A stretch of 64,000 bases of DNA, taken from positions 1,760,001-1,824,000 of the forward strand of contig CBDEGZ010000003.1 of assembly GCA_965238175.1 (NCBI GenBank). The letters are read 5' to 3'. The DNA comes from Gammaproteobacteria bacterium. GTDB taxonomy: Bacteria > Pseudomonadota > Gammaproteobacteria > CAJXQU01. This document shows, piece after piece, positions 9,441 through 18,045 of the stretch; the first letter of the stretch is position 1, and the number at the start of each line of letters is the position of its first letter. The translations under genes and the position numbers were made by a program. Under the pieces are notes generated by a model. The model was given only the letters and a program-made list of their open reading frames with translations. It had not been told where the DNA came from and searched no databases.

Positions 9441-9920
9441 TTGGAGCGTGTGGAGATGGTCAAAGGACAGATTTCTTATACAACTAATTTATTGGGAATG
9501 ACGCTTACTTTTCTTTGGATAGTTTTAAGTACGACAGTCAACGCTGAAGATATGGCAGACCTAGCAAAATTCTCGACTAAAGAAGATTATATTACCTGCT
9601 GGAAACAACCTTGCGTTAGAGTTGCGGGTAGTGAATGGTCAGAGAAAAATCCTAATGGTGTTGCGGTATCGGTGCGGATGGGATCACAACCCGCAGCGAC
9701 CGACGATCAAATTAAAATGGTATTGACCCGCGATTTAAACCATTACGGAGTCAAGAATATTAAATTTTTTTACGAACAAAATGATGCTGTTGCCAGTGGT
9801 ATATGTCTTCATGTGCGTGGTGGTACAGAAGGCGTGTTTATGATTAGTAATGTAAGAGAAGAGTTGGAGGCCGTAGCCAAAAGAGCGTTAAATACAAACC
9901 CACTGTTTCTACCAGATTAA
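9441..9920 (+). CDS. Exported hypothetical protein (probable start ATG 9498)
   Basis: MTLTFLWIVLSTTVNA-ED looks like a signal peptide. Confidence 0.55.
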   Translation: MERVEMVKGQISYTTNLLGMTLTFLWIVLSTTVNAEDMADLAKFSTKEDYITCWKQPCVRVAGSEWSEKNPNGVAVSVRMGSQPAATDDQIKMVLTRDLNHYGVKNIKFFYEQNDAVASGICLHVRGGTEGVFMISNVREELEAVAKRALNTNPLFLPD

Positions 9921-10639
9921 ATTTTAGGTGCTAGAAACTCATTCAAAGCAATGTCTTGATTACTTTTGAGGCTATTATCTTCTGAATTATCAGCGCCATC
10001 TTTAATTTCAGACTGTATGTCTGATTGCGGGGCGGCCTCACGCTCAGCATAGGTTTGCTCTTCGGTATTGGCACGTTGTTCAAGCCCTTCAAGAATCTGA
10101 GCTTGGCGCTCAGGGGTTGTCTCGGAATTTTTTAATTCTGCTACGGCTGTCTGTGCAGAATTATAATTAAATTGTTTTTGTGCCCACTGCGCATAATCGC
10201 CATATTCAGGATGGTCTTTATATTCATCCTTGATACTACCATCATCGTTAAGCATTTCATTGATAAGGTGTTGCTCTAACCGTTCACGATAATCAGTCAT
10301 ATTTTCATCATCATGGCGCGGTGGGATTTCATCAGGGTCGAGAATTTGTAGTGCAAGGTTTTCACGCCACGCATCACCATAGCGTTGATGAAAGTCCTGT
10401 TCCATTTTTGCAATATCAGAGGCTAGTTTTTCATTATCGGCAATAATGCGATTAACCAGATCAATCAGATCAGCACTTCTTTGTTTGTCTGATTGTTGTT
10501 TTTCATGGTGTTTATTTAACGGAGTTGTTGCACCACTGCGTTCCTGCAAACCGGATAACGAACCGCTTAGCTGACCACGAAGCATTTCGTTTTCAGAGTA
10601 AATGCCATCGTGTTTAGATTTGTCCGTTATCTCTGCCAT
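9917..10639 (-). CDS. Acidic helical hypothetical protein
   Basis: 240-aa ORF, convergent 4-bp overlap with 9441..9920. Confidence 0.65.
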   Translation of the reverse strand: MAEITDKSKHDGIYSENEMLRGQLSGSLSGLQERSGATTPLNKHHEKQQSDKQRSADLIDLVNRIIADNEKLASDIAKMEQDFHQRYGDAWRENLALQILDPDEIPPRHDDENMTDYRERLEQHLINEMLNDDGSIKDEYKDHPEYGDYAQWAQKQFNYNSAQTAVAELKNSETTPERQAQILEGLEQRANTEEQTYAEREAAPQSDIQSEIKDGADNSEDNSLKSNQDIALNEFLAPKI

Positions 10640-10717
10640 CTATGCCCATCATTCGCTTGGGCATAGCGCTTTGCTATAGCAAAGCCTGAATCGCAATCAA
10701 GTGCCTTGATTGCGATT
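10640..10717. repeat. Three consecutive inverted repeats
   Basis: CTATGCCCA/TGGGCATAG (10640-10666), perfect palindrome GCTTTGCTATAGCAAAGC (10668-10685), 13-bp stem AATCGCAATCAAG/CTTGATTGCGATT (10689-10717). Confidence 0.75.
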
Positions 10718-10884
10718 ATTCTGAACAGTTCTCCTGATATTGATCGCCCCAATGTCCCGCCACCCTTAAGTTTTCAATCATTATTATTCCCATAAATAAT
10801 AGTGCAAATTGATTAAAAATTTCTTAATACAACTAAAACGGGAAAAAGAAAAATAGGAGAAGTTGTTTCTGGTTACGAATAAAT

Positions 10885-11067
10885 TCACTCGTTGTCTCTC
10901 AAAAGCTCAGCCTTGATAGTGGCAAACTCAATGAGCTCTTCACGCAGTTGATAATCATCAAGTTTAAGGAATACGTCCAGTAATCGCATGCCTTGGTTGT
11001 TATCCAAGCTTTCTAGCTGTTCGAGCTTGTTTGCGATTGATTCTAAAAACGAGGAGCGTTCATTCAT
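10885..11067 (-). CDS. Small hypothetical protein downstream of structured leader
   Basis: AAGGA RBS; 60-aa helical ORF. Confidence 0.55.
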   Translation of the reverse strand: MNERSSFLESIANKLEQLESLDNNQGMRLLDVFLKLDDYQLREELIEFATIKAELLRDNE

Positions 11068-11084
11068 GGTGTGACATCCTTTTC

Positions 11085-11250
11085 GACTGGTGGGCCGGAT
11101 GTAGTTGACCGTCCAAACAACGGTGTGCCTTATTGGAGCCCCAAGGGCCTTGTATTCGACACCATCCGACCCAAAAAGGCGAATGTTTGGAACAGGTCAA
11201 CTAAACCCGCACGAGTGAATGGGCACTCGCTATTATTAGTCATGGCATAT
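11085..11250 (-). ncRNA. Putative C4/CI-type antisense RNA or structured leader
   Basis: Stem GGGTCGGATG/CATCCGGCCC (11172-11163 with 11101-11092) and complementary pair TAGTTGACC/GGTCAACTA (11203-11195 with 11110-11102). Confidence 0.4.
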
Positions 11251-11327
11251 TTACGCAGGCGAGAAAAGCGTAAAAGAGTAACCGCTCTTTTTCAGTCTGC
11301 ACAATGGCGCTTTTCCACGGTGGGTAT

Positions 11328-12062
11328 TCAGCAGTTGATTACGACAAGCTCACCCCCAAGTTCCTGTTCGATATAGTCAGCAATTAACCGCCGTGCATAT
11401 TCATCCGGCGTGATGCCCGGCACAATATCCGCCTGCACATCATCCACAAACTCCCGGCGCCCCGTTTCACTGATAAAGGGTTTATCTTCTTGTAAGGCAT
11501 CGGCATAAACACCCAGCCAGAAAGAATAAGACGCACTGGCACCAAATAGTCCATCAAGCTGAATACGAACCGACATATCTCCGACTGTGATAACAAACTC
11601 ACCGACTTCACCCCATTGTGGCACGGTACCCATCGCAGCCATGGTCGCTGCTTCAAGGACACAGCCCGGCGATTCGGGACAAGCGGTGATATCCGGGTTG
11701 CCGTTATTCAGGCGGCGTGCAAGATTCCTTGCCTCTTGACGCAGACGCATGGTTTCTTTTTCATCAGCCATCATCATGGCGTTGTGATGTTGACTAATAA
11801 GGTCACGAAAATACGGTAAGGCTTCTTCCATCGTATCGGGAAGATGCGCCGTGTCATATTGGAATTGAAGCGTCTCTTTTCGTTCAACGCAGGTTGTTCT
11901 ATTGCTATAAATCTCGGCTTCTTCATAAAGCTTGATGTCGCCGACTAGTGCGGCGGCTTCGCCTAAATTGTCGATGCCTAGTTGAATGCAATTTTTAATT
12001 AATGTCGTGTCGAGCTCTGCATCTGCGTCTAGCGTTAAAAATACGTCTACTTGTTGTCTCAT
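11328..12062 (-). CDS. KlcB-like plasmid/ICE protein
   Basis: HHNAMM, GTVPQWGEVGEF and DKPFISETGRR segments resemble IncP KlcB-family proteins. Confidence 0.55.
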   Translation of the reverse strand: MRQQVDVFLTLDADAELDTTLIKNCIQLGIDNLGEAAALVGDIKLYEEAEIYSNRTTCVERKETLQFQYDTAHLPDTMEEALPYFRDLISQHHNAMMMADEKETMRLRQEARNLARRLNNGNPDITACPESPGCVLEAATMAAMGTVPQWGEVGEFVITVGDMSVRIQLDGLFGASASYSFWLGVYADALQEDKPFISETGRREFVDDVQADIVPGITPDEYARRLIADYIEQELGGELVVINC

Positions 12063-12133
12063 GGTTAGTTCTTTCTGTTGTGTGGTACGTCATTGCACCA
12101 TCGAGACCAGCCGTAAGACTGGTCTCTGTGTTG

Positions 12134-12613
12134 CTATGATGTTTTAGATAAAAGTGAAAGCTCTAATTGTGCTTTGAGTGCCATCAATGTATTCACATGG
12201 TCGTGCCATGCTGCGTTACTGGTGGGGCAGTTGGCACTGGCAAGTTTTGTAAGCTGTTCAGTCACGACTTCTGTTACTGATTTTTCATTCCCCTGTGTGG
12301 CGATGGAAAGCGCTTTGTCTAACAGAGTAATGATATCAGCAGGGAAGTATTGACGAGGGTCATCATAACCAAAGGCATAATCAGAATTGTCGTAAGGTAT
12401 TTTCTCTACCCCGTCTTTTTTGATGGAGGTAATGACGGTGTTATGAAGCCCCCAGCCCTCAACCTCGACCTCATAGCCTGCTTGTACCAGCACATTTTCA
12501 ACCTGCCAAGTCTCTATCTGACCATCACCATCGTTAAAGCCAAATTTGTCAAAAGCTTCTTCCCATAACCAATCATAGTGACCACCGCAATTTTCGCATT
12601 CTGTAATAGGCAT
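12134..12613 (-). CDS. Hypothetical protein with N-terminal CxxC
   Basis: AAGGAG RBS; CENC, WEEAFDKFGFNDGDG; co-oriented with ardA. Confidence 0.65.
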   Translation of the reverse strand: MPITECENCGGHYDWLWEEAFDKFGFNDGDGQIETWQVENVLVQAGYEVEVEGWGLHNTVITSIKKDGVEKIPYDNSDYAFGYDDPRQYFPADIITLLDKALSIATQGNEKSVTEVVTEQLTKLASANCPTSNAAWHDHVNTLMALKAQLELSLLSKTS

Positions 12614-12666
12614 TGTTTATCTCCTTCTATTTTTATATTTGTGTGTTTTTTGAATTACTCTTAGGC

Positions 12667-13185
12667 TCAATGACTCCAGAACACATGAATGTGTTGATAG
12701 CCAGTTTCGATGGTGTAAATATCACCACTCAATTCCATATCGCATCCCATGCGCTCATAGTCGATATAGAACGCTAAATGTTCAGGAATATTGGAGGTGG
12801 TGTCTTCGGTTAGCTGCTGGGCGTAATCAGCAAGACTTTCATGTTCACCCTGATAACCCTCATTTAATGCTCTTTGGGCATCCTCAATATCACCGCACCA
12901 ATGGTTTAATACAAAAGCACCCAACTCGCCGTGCTCTTCAAGAAACAGGGCGATATTATTGGCACTTTCCAGTCCTTCATATTCTGATAATTCGACACCG
13001 TAGAACCCTTCGTAATCATGGAGCGCATACTCTTCCGCCCCTTGTTCTGGGCTTTCGGATAGCATCTTATTCACTTGGTCTTGAATATCATTTAAGTCTT
13101 GGGTGGCATCAATCCAGACACCATGCAAAATACCGTTGTTGTATGCGGCTAAATCTGCCACGTAAATTTTAGGTTCTATGCTCAT
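12667..13185 (-). CDS. ardA: Antirestriction protein ArdA
   Basis: IYVADLAAYNNGILHGVWIDA, EEYALHDYEGF, YIDYE motifs; highly acidic DNA-mimic composition. Confidence 0.93.
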   Translation of the reverse strand: MSIEPKIYVADLAAYNNGILHGVWIDATQDLNDIQDQVNKMLSESPEQGAEEYALHDYEGFYGVELSEYEGLESANNIALFLEEHGELGAFVLNHWCGDIEDAQRALNEGYQGEHESLADYAQQLTEDTTSNIPEHLAFYIDYERMGCDMELSGDIYTIETGYQHIHVFWSH

Positions 13186-13654
13186 TGTCTTTTCTCCTAA
13201 ATCGTTGCTGAGGTTTATGAAGCAGCTTTTGCGCTGCTCATGAACCTCTGGCGACTAGGCCGACTAGCGGACGTGAAAAATCCAGAAAAATTGCGGAGTG
13301 TCTGCGCTTTTTGAGGCGTAGAAACCGTCATTTTTCTTGAATTTGAGGGGAACAAGACCCCCTCTTGGGGTATTGAAGTATCGCTTGGTGGAGACTGGTT
13401 TTGGGCTAAATCATTAACTTCCCAGTAGGGGGAAAACAAGTGCGCATCATAGATGCGCTCAATTCAGGCAAGCAGAGCGCGCTAGACGTTAGTAATTTGA
13501 AACCCGATAGTCCCGTTATTTTTAGCGAAGGTTGGAAAGCACGGCCACTGTACTTGCAATGCCAACGCCCAAATGACCGATTTTGTTTTGTATCACAGAC
13601 AACAAATTACAACCGATGAGTTGCGTGTTTACACGCCTTCAATAGATGGAAACA

Positions 13655-13828
13655 GTAAAACCTCACGACCCTTGAAAAGACCACATGCTTTAACACAAAG
13701 GCTGGAAGAATCGCGCAAACGCTAAAGCGTTTCTCCATTGCCATTTCGACCTTCTCATATAATCAGGTGCGCTGACTTCCAGTGCTTTGTTTTACCTCGC
13801 GGCCATTCAAGGGTCGTAAAAGGTTTAC
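13655..13828. repeat. Long imperfect hairpin (~175 nt)
   Basis: Nested pairings GTAAAACCT/AGGTTTAC, ACGACCCTTGAA/TTCAAGGGTCGT, ACAAAG-GCTGGAAG/CTTCCAGT-GCTTTGT, GCGCA/TGCGC. Confidence 0.7.
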
Positions 13829-13853
13829 GGCCTCCAAATTCAAGGAGGACAAC

Positions 13854-14030
13854 ATGAAACTCATGACTCGATTTGAACTGGTTGCTTACAATAAAAGTGA
13901 ATTACAAGGACTTTATAGAAACGTGTTTAACACGCTTGTTCAAAGCAATCCGCAAACACCTGAGCGAAGCAATGCGCTGGCATCATTGGAAAATATTTGC
14001 CGTGAACTGGCATGGCGAGAAACTCCGTAA
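13854..14030 (+). CDS. Small hypothetical protein (58 aa, MKLMTRFEL...)
   Basis: AAGGAGG RBS 5 nt before ATG 13854; followed by a terminator. Confidence 0.65.
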   Translation: MKLMTRFELVAYNKSELQGLYRNVFNTLVQSNPQTPERSNALASLENICRELAWRETP

Positions 14031-14034
14031 ACAT

Positions 14035-14061
14035 AAAGAGGCGCTGCAAAGCGCCTCTTTT
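14035..14061. terminator. Bidirectional rho-independent terminator
   Basis: AAAGAGGCGCT-GCAA-AGCGCCTCTTT(T) between convergent genes. Confidence 0.75.
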
Positions 14062-14082
14062 GCATTTTCAGAATAAAAGAAT

Positions 14083-14919
14083 TTAATGTTGCTCAGTTTT
14101 GAGCATGAGTTTATTGACAAAAGCACAGCTAAAACTGAATTTTAAAATGGCTTGACCATCCTGAAACGTCTGCACGTCTTTGCGATGGAGCATATCTATT
14201 TCCTCTTTGATCCAGTCGTTGTGGGTTGTCAAACAAATATTATGTCTGCGTGCATACACCGCCATACGTTGCACCTGATTAATAGCGGCAAGTATGCGTG
14301 CATAACCACAAACCAAAGCGGTATCGGCGATATCCTCTAGCACGATATCCGAACGTGGAGCGCTAATTTTTAGATTGTCTCCCACCTTTGTAAAACTGAT
14401 CTGGGATGCCCAAGCCAACGTAAACTCTATTTTCCAACTATTTTGCGTTGAGCCGGTAATATCGATCTGCGAAGCTGTTGGTTGCTCGCTAAACGATACA
14501 ATTTCACGCTGCTTTTTATCCAATGTGCCATCAAAAGCCGGGGAGTAGTCGATCACAGATCGTATGAACTGATCTTCAACACTGCCGGGGGCAATGAATT
14601 TATGGATCAACAGGGCGTCATAAATTTCGTTAAAAACACAATAAATATTCTCAGCTATTTTATCCACCGGAGGATCATAGAGATTGTCCATTGTTAGGCA
14701 ATCCAGCACAGCAATATGAGACAACTCCTTTGCACCTATATTCAACGCATCATTCTTACGCGAATACACAAAAGTTTTGGTGACATGTTGCGAACAGTCA
14801 ATATAGTTGTAGATAGATCTAAAACGTTCAGAACAACCTTCTAAAAGGCTGTTTCTATAAGCGAGTAATTTCTCGGTATCATCTGAGCCAAAGGGTGCCT
14901 GCTGTTCCATAGTCACCAT
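14083..14919 (-). CDS. Hypothetical protein
   Basis: 278-aa ORF, no recognised motif. Confidence 0.6.
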   Translation of the reverse strand: MVTMEQQAPFGSDDTEKLLAYRNSLLEGCSERFRSIYNYIDCSQHVTKTFVYSRKNDALNIGAKELSHIAVLDCLTMDNLYDPPVDKIAENIYCVFNEIYDALLIHKFIAPGSVEDQFIRSVIDYSPAFDGTLDKKQREIVSFSEQPTASQIDITGSTQNSWKIEFTLAWASQISFTKVGDNLKISAPRSDIVLEDIADTALVCGYARILAAINQVQRMAVYARRHNICLTTHNDWIKEEIDMLHRKDVQTFQDGQAILKFSFSCAFVNKLMLKTEQH

Positions 14920-15194
14920 TATCAGAAAAATAGATTAAGAATTTATAAATAATGAATAGACAGTTTTACTTTTTATATTTCACAGAGTACAACGCTAATC
15001 ACCGAATATTGAATACGGTTTCACTCGATAATCAGAGCACGAGTAAAGATAGGCAGCTCTTTTTGCTAAAACATCAATAGTCTTTAGTTTGAAATCAGGA
15101 GGCATTAATTAAATAGGAGTATGAGCTTTTTAAGCTAAAACATAGATGTTAAGGCAGAGGGATTCTCTCTAATTAAAATCAACAAGAAACTTGG

Positions 15195-17822
15195 TCATGG
15201 ATTATTTATGGCTTTCATTGTTTTCCTTCGTTCTTGGATTAAATAAATAACATTTTCTAAACTCTTAATGTCTTTTTCTAGCTCGATTGGTGAGGGAACA
15301 GGATCATTTTTATCTGATGCAGGATCATGCCCTTCGACTAAATCATTACAACGGTCATACAGTCTCTTAATTTTGTCACATTCATCCTCCTGAAATCCTA
15401 CAACGTCTTCTAGACTCTTGATGTTGATCCAGTCTCTATAGCGTCGGACGACACCACTAAAAACAACATCTTGAACAACACGCTCTATTGTCGAACGAAG
15501 GCGACTATAAACACTCATCATTTCCTCAGCATCTTCAGCAGTTGGATATTGCGACCATGGCTTTTTTATCAATGTAGTACGATCTTTTTTCAGTGCATCA
15601 ATGCGCTCTTTATAGGAAGAATGTCCCCAGGGTAATCCTTCACGGATATTTCCAGAATACTCACCTTTCCACTCCATATACTGAATTTTATGATCCAAGT
15701 TCTGTGTATCAATTTCATCACGGAGTTGTCCAAGAAAAGAAGTATCATGAGTAAAGACGATAACTTGACGTGACTTGGCTTCATGAACGAGTCTCCGAGC
15801 TACGTTTTGGCGCCTCCAATGATCAAGAGAGGAAACTGGATCATCGAATACAATCCCACAATTATGATTTGCTAATGACAGCTCAGCTAAAAATGAGCCA
15901 AGGGCGATTGCACGTTGTTCACCTTCACTTAATATCTCCTCCAGTGGTTTGTTTTTGGGTAGCTTCAACAAGAGTTGATGGTGCATTTTTCCTTTTATAT
16001 TTCTAGGCCTAAGTATAGTTTTGATGTGATCAACGCCAAGATTTGCGAACTCAATGTCCAGAGCATTTTTTAGTTCTTCTGTGACGGCTTGACTGGCAAA
16101 GTCCTTTGCCTTCTTTGATATTGGAGCTGTTTTTAAATTTTTCTTACACTTTTCAAGATAAGCTACTGTTTCTTTACGTCCAATCACGTCAAGTACGCTT
16201 TTCAATGATTTTTTTAGGCTTAGTCTTGCGAGTAAGTCATTGTATTCTTGGGTAAGTAACTTTTTACTTTCTTCATCAAATACCCTTATATACATTCTAG
16301 CTTCTCTTAATTGCTGAGCAGCTAATTTACGCAAGGCTTTACTTGGATTATTAGATAATTGGTTTACTTCATCCCATTTGTGCGTGACAAGAGTTTCTAG
16401 CATCCACTGCTTTCTTTTATTGATACTTTCTTGATAAACATCAATACATTGCACAAGTGTTGCATCATGCAATGTTATTTCATCTTTGAGGCTTTTGTCT
16501 ATTGCAACTACAAGATGGGCATTATCTATTTTTTTTCGTATCGTCGTAAGGTTTGCTCGTTTTTCAGTAACTGATTTAGCAATATCATCCTTGATATATT
16601 TTTCAAAACGTTCAAGTCTTTCGCCAGTTTCATCATTCAACAATGTTTGGCAAAGTGGACAAACTGCATCTTCATTCGTATGTGGAAACACATGTTCACG
16701 GCAGGCAATTTCTGTTGAATATCTTCGTGCGGCTTCAAACATTACCTTCCATAATTCTTCACCAGTTCCTGGTAATAAAGTCTCATTAGCTCGAAGTGCC
16801 TTTGCTGCACTCTTCTCAGCAGTCTCAGCAGCTATAAATTCATTGTCCAACGTATTTAGTTTTTGTACTGCGTTATCACTTACCCAAAGTGCCACATCAT
16901 TAATGTTCTTCGCTAGGTCTTTGAGACGTGATACGAAGCGTTTCAGCTCATCAGCTTTAGCTATGGGATCACTTTCGGTTAATGCTTGAGTTAACTCAGG
17001 TATACGATCAATTTCACTTTCCGACAATGTGCTTAGTTTCGTAATTACTTCTCGATCCGTTTTTTCATTGAGTTCTGATATCTGCCTACCAACCTCAGTT
17101 TCACCTAAAAGATGATCAAATACTGTTGTACTTGTATCAATTGAGAGAATATCTGAATTAAGCCTTTGCTCTAATTCAGGGATAACGGCTCTAGCAAGGT
17201 TCTCTACTATATCCAGTCCGTAAGGCAGGTAGGCAACATCTTGTTCAGCAGTTAGGTATGAGCGTGCACAACGAGAATCGAATACGGAAATCATTGATAA
17301 AACATCAGGTGCTACCTCCCCCCTTTGCCAACGTACATTTTCTTCATTACCATGAATTATTATTTTGAATATTGCTTCAGGAACAACGTTATCAGAAGCT
17401 AGATCATTTGCATTCGCATGTACAATCTCTTCTCTATCACGGGAACGGCAAGCCTGTTTCATCACCCGAACGTAACCTGATTTTCCTGTGCCGTTACCAC
17501 CGTAAATCACCGTCATGCCTTTTTCGTTAAATAGCAACCTTTGTTTCGGATCAATACGATTAACATAATTTAAACCAGAAATTTCTTTTAAAGTTGCTGT
17601 CACACCGGCTTGAATTGATGAAGGTAAGTGGTCGGGGCTTAGTGGTTTTGGAATTAAATTGTCAGGACTTGAAAGGCCGTGTTCTATTTTGAGTAAAGAA
17701 TAAAGTTGGAAATAGTCATCTTCTGACAAACCCTCTTCACTTTCTAATAATCTACGGCAAGCATCACTTTGCCAATCAGGTAATGTCTGTGTCCATTGAA
17801 GTATGTCATTTAAAAGGTTCAT
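15195..17822 (-). CDS. Rad50/SMC-type ABC ATPase with zinc hook, RloC-like
   Basis: Walker A GGNGTGKS, coiled coil with CPLCQ hook, signature LSEGEQR, Walker B IVFDDPVSSLD, FTHD; C-terminal extension with R..H motif. Confidence 0.8.
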   Translation of the reverse strand: MNLLNDILQWTQTLPDWQSDACRRLLESEEGLSEDDYFQLYSLLKIEHGLSSPDNLIPKPLSPDHLPSSIQAGVTATLKEISGLNYVNRIDPKQRLLFNEKGMTVIYGGNGTGKSGYVRVMKQACRSRDREEIVHANANDLASDNVVPEAIFKIIIHGNEENVRWQRGEVAPDVLSMISVFDSRCARSYLTAEQDVAYLPYGLDIVENLARAVIPELEQRLNSDILSIDTSTTVFDHLLGETEVGRQISELNEKTDREVITKLSTLSESEIDRIPELTQALTESDPIAKADELKRFVSRLKDLAKNINDVALWVSDNAVQKLNTLDNEFIAAETAEKSAAKALRANETLLPGTGEELWKVMFEAARRYSTEIACREHVFPHTNEDAVCPLCQTLLNDETGERLERFEKYIKDDIAKSVTEKRANLTTIRKKIDNAHLVVAIDKSLKDEITLHDATLVQCIDVYQESINKRKQWMLETLVTHKWDEVNQLSNNPSKALRKLAAQQLREARMYIRVFDEESKKLLTQEYNDLLARLSLKKSLKSVLDVIGRKETVAYLEKCKKNLKTAPISKKAKDFASQAVTEELKNALDIEFANLGVDHIKTILRPRNIKGKMHHQLLLKLPKNKPLEEILSEGEQRAIALGSFLAELSLANHNCGIVFDDPVSSLDHWRRQNVARRLVHEAKSRQVIVFTHDTSFLGQLRDEIDTQNLDHKIQYMEWKGEYSGNIREGLPWGHSSYKERIDALKKDRTTLIKKPWSQYPTAEDAEEMMSVYSRLRSTIERVVQDVVFSGVVRRYRDWINIKSLEDVVGFQEDECDKIKRLYDRCNDLVEGHDPASDKNDPVPSPIELEKDIKSLENVIYLIQERRKTMKAINNP

Positions 17823-18045
17823 AATTGACCTTTGAATTTCCCGAGCTTATTTTTCCTTTCTTGTGAAAAAGTGTAGTCGTTTAGCAAATAAAGTTGTTTA
17901 CATATCTGCCTTGGGTTGCTTTCAGCTATACCATGACAAGTATAGTAACTTTCGCAAGGTTAACTGTGTTAAATGAAGTGACATCTGTTCTAATAATAGA
18001 GGTAGCCGACTGATTTCTTGCTGATTGGGAAGCCTAGAGTCTCCA

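Noticed and set aside
11071-11376. 101-aa plus-strand ORF
   Set aside because: Antisense to the structured leader, overlaps the klcB-like gene, no RBS or recognisable motif
13215-13439. 74-aa ORF upstream of ardA
   Set aside because: TTG start, no recognisable features, coincides with hairpin-rich non-coding DNA
13738-13763. TTGCCA...TATAAT as a standard double-stranded sigma70 promoter
   Set aside because: Spacer is only 14 nt
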